Counted from the first letter of the whole stretch, positions 1 through 10,043 are shown. The stretch is 61,816 nt of DNA, filler included, from Pseudomonadota bacterium (GCA_043825735.1; 6 parts of 6 records of this genome joined end to end with filler, not necessarily neighbours in it), one strand, 5' to 3'. Program-made: numbers and translations. The notes: a model not told the origin generated them from the letters alone.

Positions 1-26
1 CCGCCTTTCGAGGCGGCCTCAGCGGT

Positions 27-1352
27 TTATCCGTGGTGATAGAGCACCTGACCGGAGATGGTCTTCGGATAGAAATAGGTGGATTTGCGCGGCATGATCA
101 GCCCCTGCTGTGCCACCGCCTGCACCTGCTCGATGCGGGTGGGGTTGAGGATGACCGCCATATCACAGCCGCCGTGCATCCATGCGTCGATGGCCGCCGA
201 TGCGTTGCTGGCATAGTCGATGCGGGATTCGTCGTCCAGGCGCTCCTGATCATAGCCCAGCAATTCCATCAGGGCCAGGCGGGTGACGATGGTCACGTCC
301 AGATCGATGAGGGCCGGCGCCAGTTCCGCATTAAAGAGTCGCCCCATCACCCCCGGCTTGAGCCGCAGGCAGTAAAACGTCGGATCACCGGAAATACATA
401 TGCCGAAGGCGTGGTTGAGGCTGTGGCGCTCCAGGCAGTCGATAAACGCCGTTTGGGCCGCTGCCGCTTCTCCGGGCTGGAAAGAAAACCCTTCAACGTC
501 GAAAACCGCCGATGCCTTGTCGATAAACGCTGCCATTTTCTGCGGCGGCACGTCTTTCAAAAGGCGGTGGGCCGGCAATATGACCAGCCCCGGATCTTCG
601 AGACTGCTGAGGTACATCATGACGAAGTTGGCCGGATGCTGCGCATCCATATTCGCAGTGGCCGCGGCCACCTCCCGGCTGTAGTTGAGGGCGCTCTCGT
701 AACGGTGGTGGCCGTCTGCGATGAAAACAGTGGTTTCCTGAAAAGCGCGCCGGATTTGCGCTTGCGCGTCATTGTCGATGATGCGCCACATGCGGTGGGT
801 CAGCCCCTGTCCGTCAGTGAACATAGCTTCGGGCGGGTGCGATGCCACCATTAGGGTGATGTCTTGGATGACACCGCGGCCGTCCGAGAAGACCGAAAAA
901 ATAGGACAGAAATTGCCGTGGGTGGCCCGCAGCAGCTTGAGCTGCTCTGTTTTGACTTTGCTGAATGTGCGCTCATGGGGCAAAATGTTGCCGTTTTCGA
1001 AAGGTTCCAGGCCGATCAGACCGATCAGGCCGTACCGGCTCACCGGCTTTCCGTTGACGGAAAAATCGACCGCCGTGAGGTAATAGGCCGGCGCCGCGTC
1101 CTGAACGAGTGTGCCGTCTTCCCGCCATGCGGAGAAAAACGCCGCCGAGCGCTGGGGGCGACCGTAGGTATCGGTGTCCTGCGGGGTCGCCTTGTTGAGG
1201 ATGAGGCGAATGATGTTGTTCGGGTGGGCGGCGTAAAACGCCTCCTGTTGTTCGGCCGAGATGACATCGTAGGGCGGGGTCAGCACGTCCGCGAGGCCTC
1301 CGACTTTTTTTTCATTGTAGCAGAGGCCGCGAAACGGTATGAATTCGGGCAT
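27..1352 (-). CDS. DUF1015 family protein
   Basis: Long ORF with PPYDVIS, PHERT, IADGHHRY and MPRKSTYFYPK motifs typical of DUF1015; start placed at MPEFIPFRG. Confidence 0.85.
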   Translation of the reverse strand: MPEFIPFRGLCYNEKKVGGLADVLTPPYDVISAEQQEAFYAAHPNNIIRLILNKATPQDTDTYGRPQRSAAFFSAWREDGTLVQDAAPAYYLTAVDFSVNGKPVSRYGLIGLIGLEPFENGNILPHERTFSKVKTEQLKLLRATHGNFCPIFSVFSDGRGVIQDITLMVASHPPEAMFTDGQGLTHRMWRIIDNDAQAQIRRAFQETTVFIADGHHRYESALNYSREVAAATANMDAQHPANFVMMYLSSLEDPGLVILPAHRLLKDVPPQKMAAFIDKASAVFDVEGFSFQPGEAAAAQTAFIDCLERHSLNHAFGICISGDPTFYCLRLKPGVMGRLFNAELAPALIDLDVTIVTRLALMELLGYDQERLDDESRIDYASNASAAIDAWMHGGCDMAVILNPTRIEQVQAVAQQGLIMPRKSTYFYPKTISGQVLYHHG

Positions 1353-1694
1353 CGGTACTCCTTTTCTCAGCATCTATAACCATTGTGGTGACGGCCGACA
1401 GGCCGGAGTGAACCAGCAGTGCAATCGTATTGCCCGTGGCTGCCCGACTTGCGCTCACCGACAATTCTTGTCGCGCAGAGGTATCGAGCGGATCGAAAAC
1501 AGCACTATGCATAGCTGGGGAGACTTCCCGATCCCATGTGGCGGACTGCGCGGGAGTCTTCAATTCAAACTGTGTCAGATACTAAATCCTTGCTCAGGGT
1601 TCAAGAGGTAATCCGGCCTCCGGGGTCAGTTGATCGTTGACACATCACGGCAAATACAGTAAGCAATCCCCCTTGCACCGGCAAGGTGAATCGC

Positions 1695-1787
1695 GGAGAG
1701 GTGGCCGAGTGGCTGAAGGCCCCGCTCTCGAAAAGCGGTATCCTGGCAAAACCGGGATCGTGGGTTCAAATCCCACCCTCTCCGCCA
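1695..1787 (+). tRNA. tRNA-Ser(CGA)
   Basis: GGAGAGG/CCTCTCC acceptor stem, anticodon loop CT-CGA-AA, long variable arm, GGTTCAAATCC T-loop, encoded CCA. Confidence 0.95.
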
Positions 1788-1868
1788 TCTCCGGCGCGTG
1801 AGAGTGCAACCGCCGGTAGCCGTTGCGATGGTTGCCGGTGAGCCAACGATTCAAAGCCCCACCGATGC

Positions 1869-1962
1869 GGAGAGATGTCCGAGCTGGCTGAAGGAGCACG
1901 ACTGGAAATCGTGTGTGCTGTCACAAGCGGCACCGAGGGTTCGAATCCCTCTCTCTCCGCCA
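1869..1962 (+). tRNA. tRNA-Ser(GGA)
   Basis: GGAGAGA acceptor stem, anticodon loop CT-GGA-AA, long variable arm, GGTTCGAATCC, encoded CCA. Confidence 0.95.
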
Positions 1963-2211
1963 CCCCCTTTGCCCATCGCCGTTCCCTGCGCCGGCACCAG
2001 TATTGCCACTTCCGGCATATTGCCTTAGAATCCCTTCGCGGCGCTCAGGGTTTCAGGCGAAAACCGACGTTGTTGGCGCTACGACTTTAAACCGCGGCCT
2101 ACGGCCGCAATTTAAAACCACCGGCGCTGCCGGTGGCGGTTTACTCGTGTAACGGTCGCATGACGCTGCCCCGGTGGCAGCGCACCACGTCATTTTTTCA
2201 GGTGGAGGACA

Positions 2212-3981
2212 ATGGGTTACCTGGTTCTGGCAAGAAAATATCGGCCGCAGACCTTTGAGGAAGTCGTCCAGCAGGAGCATGTCACACGGACGCTGACCAA
2301 TGCCATCCGCTCTGGGCGGGTGGCGCATGCCATCCTGTTCTCGGGACCGCGGGGAACCGGAAAAACGACCATCGCTCGGATTCTGGCCAAGGCCATGAAC
2401 TGTGTCGACGGCCCTACGCCGGCACCGTGCAATGTCTGCAGGTCCTGCGCTGATATCGTTGCCGGAAGCTCTGCCGATGTTTTTGAAATCGATGGTGCGT
2501 CCAACAACGGTGTCGAGCAGATTCGCGATCTGCGAGACAACATCCGTTATCTGCCGGCCTACAGCCCTCACAAGATCTATATCATCGACGAAGTGCACAT
2601 GCTCAGCATTGGGGCCTTCAACGCGCTGCTGAAAACGCTGGAAGAACCACCGGCCCACGTCTTGTTTTTTTTCGCCACGACCGAGCCCAACAAGATTCCC
2701 GTCACGATTCTTTCCCGTTGCCAGCGTTATGACCTGCGGCGCATTGATGAATCGTCGCTGGTGGCTCATATGAAGCAGCTGTGCCAGGAGGAGTGTCGTG
2801 ATGCTTCCGCCCATAGCTTGGCCCTGATCGCCCGTGAGGCCGGTGGCAGCATGCGCGATGCGCTCAGTTTGCTGGACCAAGTCCTGGCCAGCACCGAAGG
2901 CAGCATCACCCCGGCGACTGTTCTCTCTATGGTGGGCGGTGTGGAACGAGATCTGGTGGAGAAGATGGCCCTCGGGCTGCTCCAGCGCGATATCGCGGCG
3001 CTGCTCATGCTCCTCGATGACGCCTATCAGCGTGGCATTGATCTGAAAAAACTCTACGCCGATATGATTTCTCATCTGCGGGACGTGATGGTGGTGGCCA
3101 TGGGGCGCGGCGGGCTGCCGATGCTCGACGCTGCCACCGGTGATGTCGAGCAGCTCACCGCGGCGGCGGCAATCGTGGATGTGTCCACGCTGCACCAGGT
3201 GTCCAGGCTGCTTTACGATAGCCACACGACCGTCCGGTTGGCACAGAATACACGCCTGGCCTGTGAAATGGTGTTTTTCCAGGTGTGTCAGGTGGTGCCC
3301 TCGGTGTCGGTGGATACCCTTATCGAAAAACTGGACCTGCTGCGCACCACCATAGCGCTGCCGCCGGGCCCGAATGTCGGTGACGATGCGGTGGCGCTGC
3401 CGCCGTCAAATCGCGAGACACCCTTGTCGAGACCGGCACCGCCACGAGATCCGTCGCCATCTTCAGAACCACCGGCACCCTCAGCACATCGGTCGCCAGC
3501 GGCCTCAGCGCCCGAGGCCAAGCTGCATGCCGACGCCACGGCGCCGACCCCAGCGGAACATCATACCGGTGCTGACGTGCCGGGCAACGACCGCGAACGG
3601 GATGCCGCCTGGCAGGCCTGTCTGGATGTCATGTCCCGAAAGCATCCGTCCCTGGCGGCCCAGCTGCGCGGATCACGGCTGGTGCGAATGGACGCTGGCC
3701 GCATGGCAGTGGAACTGGTGGGCAACGGCTTCCAGCTCAACATGGTCAAGCGCCCGAAAAATCGCGAAGTGCTCCAAGCCTTTTGCACCGCGTATTTCAA
3801 TCGGCCATTGTCGGTGGACGTCACCGGAGACAGTCACGCCGCCGATGAGCAGGATCAAAAAAAAAATAAGCACCAGGAACTGAGGCAGGAGATTCTGGCG
3901 CATCCGCTCGTTGAAGACGCCATGGACATATTCAACGGCGAATTGGTGGATATCAAGCTCTTGGAGGAGGATGATCAATGA
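2212..3981 (+). CDS. dnaX: DNA polymerase III subunit gamma/tau
   Basis: LARKYRPQTF start, Walker A GPRGTGKTT, Cys zinc motif, DEVHML, ALLKTLEEPP, SRC; Pro-rich linker. Confidence 0.97.
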   Translation: MGYLVLARKYRPQTFEEVVQQEHVTRTLTNAIRSGRVAHAILFSGPRGTGKTTIARILAKAMNCVDGPTPAPCNVCRSCADIVAGSSADVFEIDGASNNGVEQIRDLRDNIRYLPAYSPHKIYIIDEVHMLSIGAFNALLKTLEEPPAHVLFFFATTEPNKIPVTILSRCQRYDLRRIDESSLVAHMKQLCQEECRDASAHSLALIAREAGGSMRDALSLLDQVLASTEGSITPATVLSMVGGVERDLVEKMALGLLQRDIAALLMLLDDAYQRGIDLKKLYADMISHLRDVMVVAMGRGGLPMLDAATGDVEQLTAAAAIVDVSTLHQVSRLLYDSHTTVRLAQNTRLACEMVFFQVCQVVPSVSVDTLIEKLDLLRTTIALPPGPNVGDDAVALPPSNRETPLSRPAPPRDPSPSSEPPAPSAHRSPAASAPEAKLHADATAPTPAEHHTGADVPGNDRERDAAWQACLDVMSRKHPSLAAQLRGSRLVRMDAGRMAVELVGNGFQLNMVKRPKNREVLQAFCTAYFNRPLSVDVTGDSHAADEQDQKKNKHQELRQEILAHPLVEDAMDIFNGELVDIKLLEEDDQ

Positions 3982-4280
3982 AGAACATGATGAAGCAGGC
4001 CCAACAGCTTCAGGCCAAAATGATGCGGATGCAGGAGGAGGTCGGCAATCGGACCGTGGAATCAAGTGCCGGCGGCGGCATGGTGAAAGTGGTGGCCAAT
4101 GGGCGTCAGCAGGTTCTGTCGGTGATTATTGACCCTGAAGTCGTCGATCCAGGCGATGTGGAAATGCTTCAGGATCTGGTGGTGGCTGCGATCAATGATG
4201 CTATGGGCAAGGCCCAGGAGATGATGGCCGCGGAGATGGGCAAACTCACCGGGGGGCTAAAGATCCCGGGGCTCCTATGA
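3978..4280 (+). CDS. ybaB: YbaB/EbfC nucleoid-associated protein
   Basis: MMKQAQQLQ, SAGGGMVKV, DVEMLQDLV; conserved dnaX-ybaB-recR synteny. Confidence 0.95.
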   Translation: MKNMMKQAQQLQAKMMRMQEEVGNRTVESSAGGGMVKVVANGRQQVLSVIIDPEVVDPGDVEMLQDLVVAAINDAMGKAQEMMAAEMGKLTGGLKIPGLL

Positions 4281-4359
4281 GTGCCCATCCACAAGCGGCA
4301 TCTTCCGGCCCCTGGCGGCGTTCTCGCACTTTTTGCATTTCTCTTCTGGATGGACACCA

Positions 4360-4959
4360 ATGAACTATTATCCTGCCTCCATCATCGCCCTCATCCGGCA
4401 GATCACCCGACTGCCGGGCATCGGCGAAAAAACCGCCGAGCGGCTGGCACTGCACATTCTCCGGGCCCCGCGCCAGGAAGCCGAACAACTGGCACGAACC
4501 ATTATGGAGGTCAAGACAAAGACGCAGTTGTGTTCCCGCTGCTTTGGTTTGAGTGACGCGCAACAGTGCCGTATCTGCAGCGATCAGCGCCGCAATCCGC
4601 GGATCCTCTGCGTTGTGGAGACGACCGGTGACCTGGTGGCACTGGAAAAATCGGGGGCTTTCGAAGGCCTCTACCTGGTGCTGGGGGGCGCCTTGTCGCC
4701 CATCGACGGCATCGGGCCCGAGAAGCTGCGAATCGATCAGTTGATGGCGCGGGTGCGGGCAGGGGGCGTGACCGAGGTCGTCCTGGCCACGAGTACCAGT
4801 GTCGAAGGCGAGGCCACGGCCGGCTATCTGGCAGATCTGCTCAAAGACCTGGCGGTGGCGGTGACCCGCATCGCTTCGGGTGTGCCTATGGGCGGGGACC
4901 TCAAATTCGTCGACCAGGTGACGTTGAAAAAAGCCATGGAGGCCCGTCGTGCCATCTGA
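4360..4959 (+). CDS. recR: Recombination protein RecR
   Basis: LPGIGEKTAERLA HhH, C4 zinc finger, Toprim LSPIDGIGP, EGEATA. Confidence 0.96.
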   Translation: MNYYPASIIALIRQITRLPGIGEKTAERLALHILRAPRQEAEQLARTIMEVKTKTQLCSRCFGLSDAQQCRICSDQRRNPRILCVVETTGDLVALEKSGAFEGLYLVLGGALSPIDGIGPEKLRIDQLMARVRAGGVTEVVLATSTSVEGEATAGYLADLLKDLAVAVTRIASGVPMGGDLKFVDQVTLKKAMEARRAI

Positions 4960-5365
4960 AGCGCTCGGCCGGGGAGAAGACATTTTTCAATGCCGCCAAT
5001 GCGGTGACTGTTGCCGCGGCTATGGGGGCACCTATGTGAGTGATGCGGACATTGCCGCCATCGCCCGGTATCTGGAATTGCCAGAAAAGATCCTGGTCTC
5101 ACAACACTGCTGCATCTCCGGTGGACGGCTGTTGCTGGCCCAGGGGCAAAACGGTTACTGCGCCTTCTGGGCCGACGGTCTGTGCGGCATCCACCCGGTG
5201 AAACCGCGGATGTGCCGGCAATGGCCCTACCTGAACAGTGTCCTCGTGGATGTGGACAACTGGTGGGCCATGGCCAGTTGCTGCCCTGGCATGCGTACCG
5301 ATGTTTCCCCCGAGAGTGTTCGGGCCTGCGTGAAAGCCGTGCGGGAAGAAAATCCGGACCTGTGA
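4949..5365 (+). CDS. YkgJ family cysteine-cluster protein
   Basis: FQCRQCGDCC...C...CGIHPVKPRMCRQWP cysteine pattern. Confidence 0.8.
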   Translation: MPSEALGRGEDIFQCRQCGDCCRGYGGTYVSDADIAAIARYLELPEKILVSQHCCISGGRLLLAQGQNGYCAFWADGLCGIHPVKPRMCRQWPYLNSVLVDVDNWWAMASCCPGMRTDVSPESVRACVKAVREENPDL

Positions 5366-5372
5366 TCGGCAC

Positions 5373-5657
5373 TCACGCCAGTGGGCGCCAGTACTTCGGA
5401 TCCATGACAGTGAATTGCTGCGCCGAATCTTCCGGGCCGGCGTCTACCGAGAGGATGCCCTCGGCCAGCAATGTCTCAAGGCTTTGCGCCAGTTGATCCT
5501 CACCGGCATTCCAGCATTGGGAAATAACCCTTCGCGTGGCTTTTTGGCCGGCATCCAAAAGGCCGCAGCATAGCAAATAGAGGGAAACGGTTTCCGTTGG
5601 CAGCCCACGGCGGAAAATGGCCTGCTGTATATACGATGTGGAGGCGTCGATGGTCAT
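5373..5657 (-). CDS. Hypothetical protein, possibly winged-helix-like
   Basis: 94-aa ORF filling the gap with AGGA upstream; SLYLLCC...LETLLAEGIL. Confidence 0.55.
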   Translation of the reverse strand: MTIDASTSYIQQAIFRRGLPTETVSLYLLCCGLLDAGQKATRRVISQCWNAGEDQLAQSLETLLAEGILSVDAGPEDSAQQFTVMDPKYWRPLA

Positions 5658-5720
5658 AATGTGTTCCTTAACAGATCGTTATAAAATGAACCGTCACAGT
5701 GCGATCGCCGTCATGGCCGA

Positions 5721-6527
5721 GTGCGGGTGTGCCCTGTGATCGGCGTCTTTGATTCAGGTCTCGGCGGTCTGACGGTGGTGCGGGCCATCCGCCGGCAGTT
5801 GCCGGGATACGATATCGTCTACTTGGGGGACACCGCGCGCACGCCTTACGGCAGCAAGAGTCTGGACACGGTTGCCCGTTATGCCCGGCAGAACGCAGCG
5901 TTTCTGCTGTCTCAGGCGTCGCGTCTTATCGTTGTGGCTTGCAACACGGCCTCAAGCATTTCCGATGTCGCGGCACTGGGCGATGGCCGAGTGCCGGTAT
6001 TCGACGTCATCGAACCCGCGGTACGAAAGGCCCTGAACGCGACGCGCACCCGCGCCATCGGGGTTATCGGCACCCGCGCCACCATCGCCAGCGGGGTCTA
6101 CGAGCGTCGCTTGAAGGCGCTCGATGCGGCCGTTCGCGTGGTGTCGACGCCGTGCCCCCTTCTGGTGCCGCTGGTGGAGGAGGGCTGGGCCGGCCACCCG
6201 GTGACGCGCATGATCGTCAAACGATACCTTCTGCCCATCAAGACGCGCCAGATCGACACGCTGATTCTGGGCTGTACCCACTATCCGGTGCTCAAATCCA
6301 TCATTCAGCGAAAAATCGGACCCCGGGTGGCGGTGATCGATTCTTCGGAAACGGTTGCGGCCAGTCTTAAAGCCTATCTGTCCACTCATCCCCAACTCGA
6401 TGCGACCCTATCGCAGGACGGGCGGCTGCGAATCTGCGTCTCGGATGAAACCGAGATGACCGCCACGCTGGCCGGCAAGATTCTCGACATGCCGGTCACT
6501 CTTGAGCGCATCGATCTTCCAAACTAA
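5721..6527 (+). CDS. murI: Glutamate racemase
   Basis: IGVFDSGLGGLTV, PYGSK, ACNTAS, LGCTHYP. Confidence 0.96.
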   Translation: MRVCPVIGVFDSGLGGLTVVRAIRRQLPGYDIVYLGDTARTPYGSKSLDTVARYARQNAAFLLSQASRLIVVACNTASSISDVAALGDGRVPVFDVIEPAVRKALNATRTRAIGVIGTRATIASGVYERRLKALDAAVRVVSTPCPLLVPLVEEGWAGHPVTRMIVKRYLLPIKTRQIDTLILGCTHYPVLKSIIQRKIGPRVAVIDSSETVAASLKAYLSTHPQLDATLSQDGRLRICVSDETEMTATLAGKILDMPVTLERIDLPN

Positions 6528-6696
6528 TTGTCTTCAATACTCAAACCGATTGAATATTAACCACGAAGATCACGAAGTTCACGAAGAAACTATGGAAATG
6601 GTATACGGGTATTCAGAATGCCCCAGTGAGCCTCTTCCCACAGTGATCTTGAACCAGTCACGGGGGACACGGAGAAAATCAACAGCAGTTAATGTT

Positions 6697-6827
6697 GATG
6701 AAACCGTAAAAAAGCAATTTTCTCGCAAAGACGCCAAGCACGCAAAGAAAAATTTATTTAATATCAACGTGTTAACTTTGCGATCTTTGCGGCTTTGCGA
6801 GAGATTCGGACTTTTTACGGGACCATC
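6697..6827. mobile_element. MITE copy 1
   Basis: Imperfect TIRs GATGaaaccGTAAAAA / TTTTTACgggacCATC, exact 6-bp flanking duplication AATGTT, internal cgcaaag/ctttgcg hairpin. Confidence 0.75.
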
Positions 6828-6968
6828 AATGTTGATAATAAAAACTCCGTGTTCTCCATGACGCCGTGGCGGTATAATTTTTTCCGATTGCAACGGCTTC
6901 CGACTTTAGGTTGAGCTTCCTGGATAAACGTAATTTATTATGGTTTTCTTCGTGTCCTTCGTGAACTT

Positions 6969-7198
6969 TGGGGTGGACCCCAAAGCTTGGACAGCCGGAT
7001 GGGTTCGTTAAGCTAAGAGCCAGAAGAATAAAATATAGAGGCATCAGGCCGCCTCAGAGTTAGGGTGACGCAGACCGTAGTAGACCTCATCCGGGGTTCT
7101 GTCGTCAAGGCTTGAGTGGCCTCTTTCACGGTTATAGCCGCTTATCCAAGAGGCAAGGCCCTTTCGCAAGGCCGCGCCGCTGTCGAATGAGTGGAGAT
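6969..7198 (-). mobile_element. IS3-family element, right end (partial)
   Basis: Minus frame 7044-7196 reads ...WISGYNRERGHSSLDDRTPDEVYYG...* (IS3 integrase C-terminus); IR-like end TGTCCAAGCTTTGGGGTCCACCCCA; cut by contig end. Confidence 0.8.
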
Positions 7199-7298
7199 NN
7201 NNNNNNNNNNNNNNNNNNNNNNNNNNNNNNNNNNNNNNNNNNTTAATTAATTAANNNNNNNNNNNNNNNNNNNNNNNNNNNNNNNNNNNNNNNNNNNN
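7199..7298. other. Artificial contig linker (also 9778-9877, 24910-25009, 55893-55992, 58963-59062)
   Basis: N runs around TTAATTAATTAA, which gives stops in all six frames; identical 100-nt layout five times. Confidence 0.98.
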
Positions 7299-7451
7299 CC
7301 CTGCGACGCCTGCATGATTTGGCATTTGATGACTGAGCAAATCACGAGAGAACAATACCTGCTATGGGCCAGAAAACAACGAGATAAATTGACGACTGAT
7401 AACGACACGGCTGAACATTGGTATGACCGGCAGACGCCGTGGAGGTGAATC

Positions 7452-7670
7452 GTGTTGATTCAATTTGATCCACGAGATATTAATACTGATGGGTTTCGCT
7501 ATGGGAGGCTTTTCCCAACGAATAACTCACAAGCGTTAGCGGATATTTTTGCTGATGATCTTGATGAACTTGACATGAAATTAAAAACTCTCGGGTTCAG
7601 AAAGAGAACAAAATGGGTCAAAGCACATGACGGTTTTTATGAAGCACAAATTAGGAAAGAGAGGAAGTGA
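7452..7670 (+). CDS. Phage hypothetical protein
   Basis: GGAGGTG SD upstream; stop overlaps the next start. Confidence 0.6.
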   Translation: MLIQFDPRDINTDGFRYGRLFPTNNSQALADIFADDLDELDMKLKTLGFRKRTKWVKAHDGFYEAQIRKERK

Positions 7671-7948
7671 TGTCACTGTCAACGACAGTAACAGAAATCC
7701 TGATTGAGTGGTTGAAAGCAAACGGGTATACGGGCATACACAGCGATGAGTGTGGCTGTTCGATTGATGATATGGCCCCCTGTTGTTGTTCGGGAGATAA
7801 TTGTCTCGACTGTGAACCCGGCTATTGGCGTGAGGGATGGATAGAAGATGAGGACGAATGGATGGAAGGATGTTTCTCCACCAAAGAGCCGACCACCGAA
7901 GAACTGAAGGCCAAGAAGGAGGCCGACGATGCCGACGCAGGCCGATAA
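7667..7948 (+). CDS. Phage Cys-rich hypothetical protein
   Basis: LKANGYTG...ECGC...PCCC...CLDCEPGY; coupled to neighbours. Confidence 0.65.
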   Translation: MMSLSTTVTEILIEWLKANGYTGIHSDECGCSIDDMAPCCCSGDNCLDCEPGYWREGWIEDEDEWMEGCFSTKEPTTEELKAKKEADDADAGR

Positions 7949-8303
7949 ATTAAAATTCGTCGCGGAGAAGTTGGGGTGGAAATATCATCGAGAAAGCAAT
8001 CCGTGGGGTGGTGGTTTTGATTGTTGGTTTTTGCCTGATGGAACAACAAAGTTTTGCATCTCCGACTGGCTCCATTCTGTCGATGCCCTGCTGGCCGAAG
8101 GTGGGCCGGTGGAGTGGTGTGAAGAATGTGATTGTGCATTTGAGATTAAAACGGATGAAGTGATATTGTACGATACATGTCCTAACGACGGTTATTATAT
8201 TATCAGCGCGTTCAATGTTTCCAAGTACACGGGGACTTTAGCTGAACGCATTGCCTCCGCGCTACTCGACGCGGTGTACAAGGCGATGGGGGGGAAGGAA
8301 TAA
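7929..8303 (+). CDS. Phage hypothetical protein
   Basis: AAGGAGG SD; VAEKLGW N-terminus; TAATG overlap with the next ORF. Confidence 0.65.
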   Translation: MPTQADKLKFVAEKLGWKYHRESNPWGGGFDCWFLPDGTTKFCISDWLHSVDALLAEGGPVEWCEECDCAFEIKTDEVILYDTCPNDGYYIISAFNVSKYTGTLAERIASALLDAVYKAMGGKE

Positions 8304-8716
8304 TGGGAGCTTGTGGTTGCGGTGATTTCGCCGGTATATGGAAACTCAAGGGGCCGGGAGAAATTATCTATACAATTGGGTACTACCCGTCTTGTAGTGA
8401 TTGCAAAATACCAGCAGGGATGGAATTATCTAAATTCAAAACACTGGCAGATGCACAAATGTTTTGCGCCGATGAATTACCCGATTACCCATTCTCCGAA
8501 GATGGCACTTCATTGATTTGTATTGTTGATCCTGAAAAATTGAAAAAGGCAATGACTTCATGGGCAGAAGAAATTAGGAAAGAACTTCAGGCCGGTGGTG
8601 ATGACTATGACCCCGAAGGATTGATTTCCGATGCAATTGATGAAACATTTAGGGATGCCGTCTTCGAAACCATAAAAGAAGATGCTAAATTAAAGGGGTT
8701 GGAGGGAACCGAATAA
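8303..8716 (+). CDS. Phage hypothetical protein (CGC...CxxC)
   Basis: TAATG coupling at both ends. Confidence 0.65.
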   Translation: MGACGCGDFAGIWKLKGPGEIIYTIGYYPSCSDCKIPAGMELSKFKTLADAQMFCADELPDYPFSEDGTSLICIVDPEKLKKAMTSWAEEIRKELQAGGDDYDPEGLISDAIDETFRDAVFETIKEDAKLKGLEGTE

Positions 8717-9009
8717 TGGCTACGCAATTAACAAGCGGGGAATGGACACCAATAGAACCATTGCCCGAAGCCCTTGAAACATTTCAAGATTTACTTACCG
8801 CAGGTGCGGCGAGGCGATTTATTGTTGGGACAGAACAGCAAATAGAAGAAGAACAACAGACGATTGAATTAAAGTATGAGCTTGAACAGCTTAAACAAGA
8901 TGTTGGTTTCATTAAATCAAAATTGAGTTGTAGCACCATTGTCGCGCCAACATCAGAGCAAATACGTAATTATGGAAAATCTTTAGAAGATATGAGGAGG
9001 AACCGATGA
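8716..9009 (+). CDS. Phage hypothetical protein with coiled coil
   Basis: GGAGG SD, TAATG and ATGA overlaps. Confidence 0.6.
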   Translation: MATQLTSGEWTPIEPLPEALETFQDLLTAGAARRFIVGTEQQIEEEQQTIELKYELEQLKQDVGFIKSKLSCSTIVAPTSEQIRNYGKSLEDMRRNR

Positions 9010-9269
9010 AGCCGAGTAAATGGCACATACCTGAAGACATGATAACGCCGGAACCTCCAGATATCGGTAGTTTTATGGCATGTTTTGTGAGAAGGACGCT
9101 TCTGAAACAGGGCGAATATCTTGAGTTGTTGGCGGGGGCATTTTACAAGGTATGTGGGGACGTTGACCCCCGGCGTATCGTATTGGTAAAACAAGATGAT
9201 TTTAATGGATCGAGGTTTTGGTACGAATTGCGGCCAGAGGAGGAAGGAACCGATGATCAAGCCAATTAG
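9006..9269 (+). CDS. Phage hypothetical protein
   Basis: AGGAGG SD, ATGA overlap. Confidence 0.6.
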   Translation: MKPSKWHIPEDMITPEPPDIGSFMACFVRRTLLKQGEYLELLAGAFYKVCGDVDPRRIVLVKQDDFNGSRFWYELRPEEEGTDDQAN

Positions 9270-9537
9270 CCCATGCCCGGTGCCGGGGTGCGGGGATAAA
9301 ATAGAGAAATCCGGTAATGAATTTTGTAACTCGGTATATTATGTTTGTCAGGGTTGCGATTACCGCGTTTCATCTCTCGCCGTCCACGAGCAGATATGCC
9401 GGGCGATGGAGTTTGCCAGAGATGTAGCTGAAACCATTTTAGATGATCTTGTTGGCGATGAATTTTCAGATACTCTTGTGGGAATTGTGTACAAAGCCAA
9501 GCAAATCATAGCAGGAGGAACCGATGAAGCCGATTGA
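9253..9537 (+). CDS. Phage zinc-ribbon-like protein
   Basis: PCPVPGCG...YVCQGC; SD before ATG 9253. Confidence 0.6.
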   Translation: MIKPISPCPVPGCGDKIEKSGNEFCNSVYYVCQGCDYRVSSLAVHEQICRAMEFARDVAETILDDLVGDEFSDTLVGIVYKAKQIIAGGTDEAD

Positions 9538-9766
9538 AGATGAACAAAATCTCATTACAGTCCCGTGCCCTAAATGTGGAGTCATGATGGGGTGGATAGA
9601 AGGTCATCCTGTTGATAAAAACTGTAACATATGCAACGACCGCCACGCGCTGGCGGTGAATATCCGATGCAGCTTGGTGTCCCAACTACATCGTTGGATA
9701 TTGCCTAATTGTGAGATCAATACGGATGAAATGCTGGCCATAATCGAGTGGGCGATGGAGGGGTGA
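9524..9766 (+). CDS. Phage zinc-finger-like protein
   Basis: PCPKCG...CNICN; AGGAGG SD. Confidence 0.6.
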   Translation: MKPIEDEQNLITVPCPKCGVMMGWIEGHPVDKNCNICNDRHALAVNIRCSLVSQLHRWILPNCEINTDEMLAIIEWAMEG

Positions 9767-9878
9767 AAATGCCTAACNNNNNNNNNNNNNNNNNNNNNNN
9801 NNNNNNNNNNNNNNNNNNNNNTTAATTAATTAANNNNNNNNNNNNNNNNNNNNNNNNNNNNNNNNNNNNNNNNNNNNG

Positions 9879-10043
9879 TACGGCTACAACGATCTTTTCA
9901 TCGGCGTGCCGGTGAAGCTTGGGGCCGGCGGCGTTGAGCAGATCATCGAGATCACGCTGACCGCCGACGAAAAGGCCGCCCTGGACAAATCGGCCGCGGC
10001 GGTCGAAGGCCTCAAGGAGACCCTCAAAAAACTTGGTTATTAG
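9879..10043 (+). CDS. mdh: Malate dehydrogenase, C-terminal fragment
   Basis: [42 protein letters not shown]...* matches the LDH-like MDH C-terminus; 5' part lost at contig edge. Confidence 0.85.
   Translation, partial: YGYNDLFIGVPVKLGAGGVEQIIEITLTADEKAALDKSAAAVEGLKETLKKLGY

Larger units (their letters stand above)
7299..9777 (+). mobile_element. Phage-like region of short, translationally coupled ORFs
   Basis: Eight 70-140-aa co-oriented overlapping ORFs with strong SDs, lower GC than the host contigs, no housekeeping motifs. Confidence 0.7.

Noticed and set aside
1790..2210. SRP RNA (ffs), often found near dnaX
   Set aside because: Hairpins are present but the conserved GGAA-tetraloop helix with AGCAG was not found
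2053..3225. Long antisense ORFs (also 33-854, 39995-40897, 51689-52801, 57027-58184)
   Set aside because: Shadows of well-supported genes on the opposite strand in GC-rich DNA
3857..3867. A-run in dnaX as a gamma/tau frameshift site
   Set aside because: Lies near the 3' end, encodes a Lys run, and has no evident stimulatory structure
7199..7298. TTAATTAATTAA motif repeated five times
   Set aside because: Artificial linker inside N runs; cross-linker gene neighbourhoods were not interpreted
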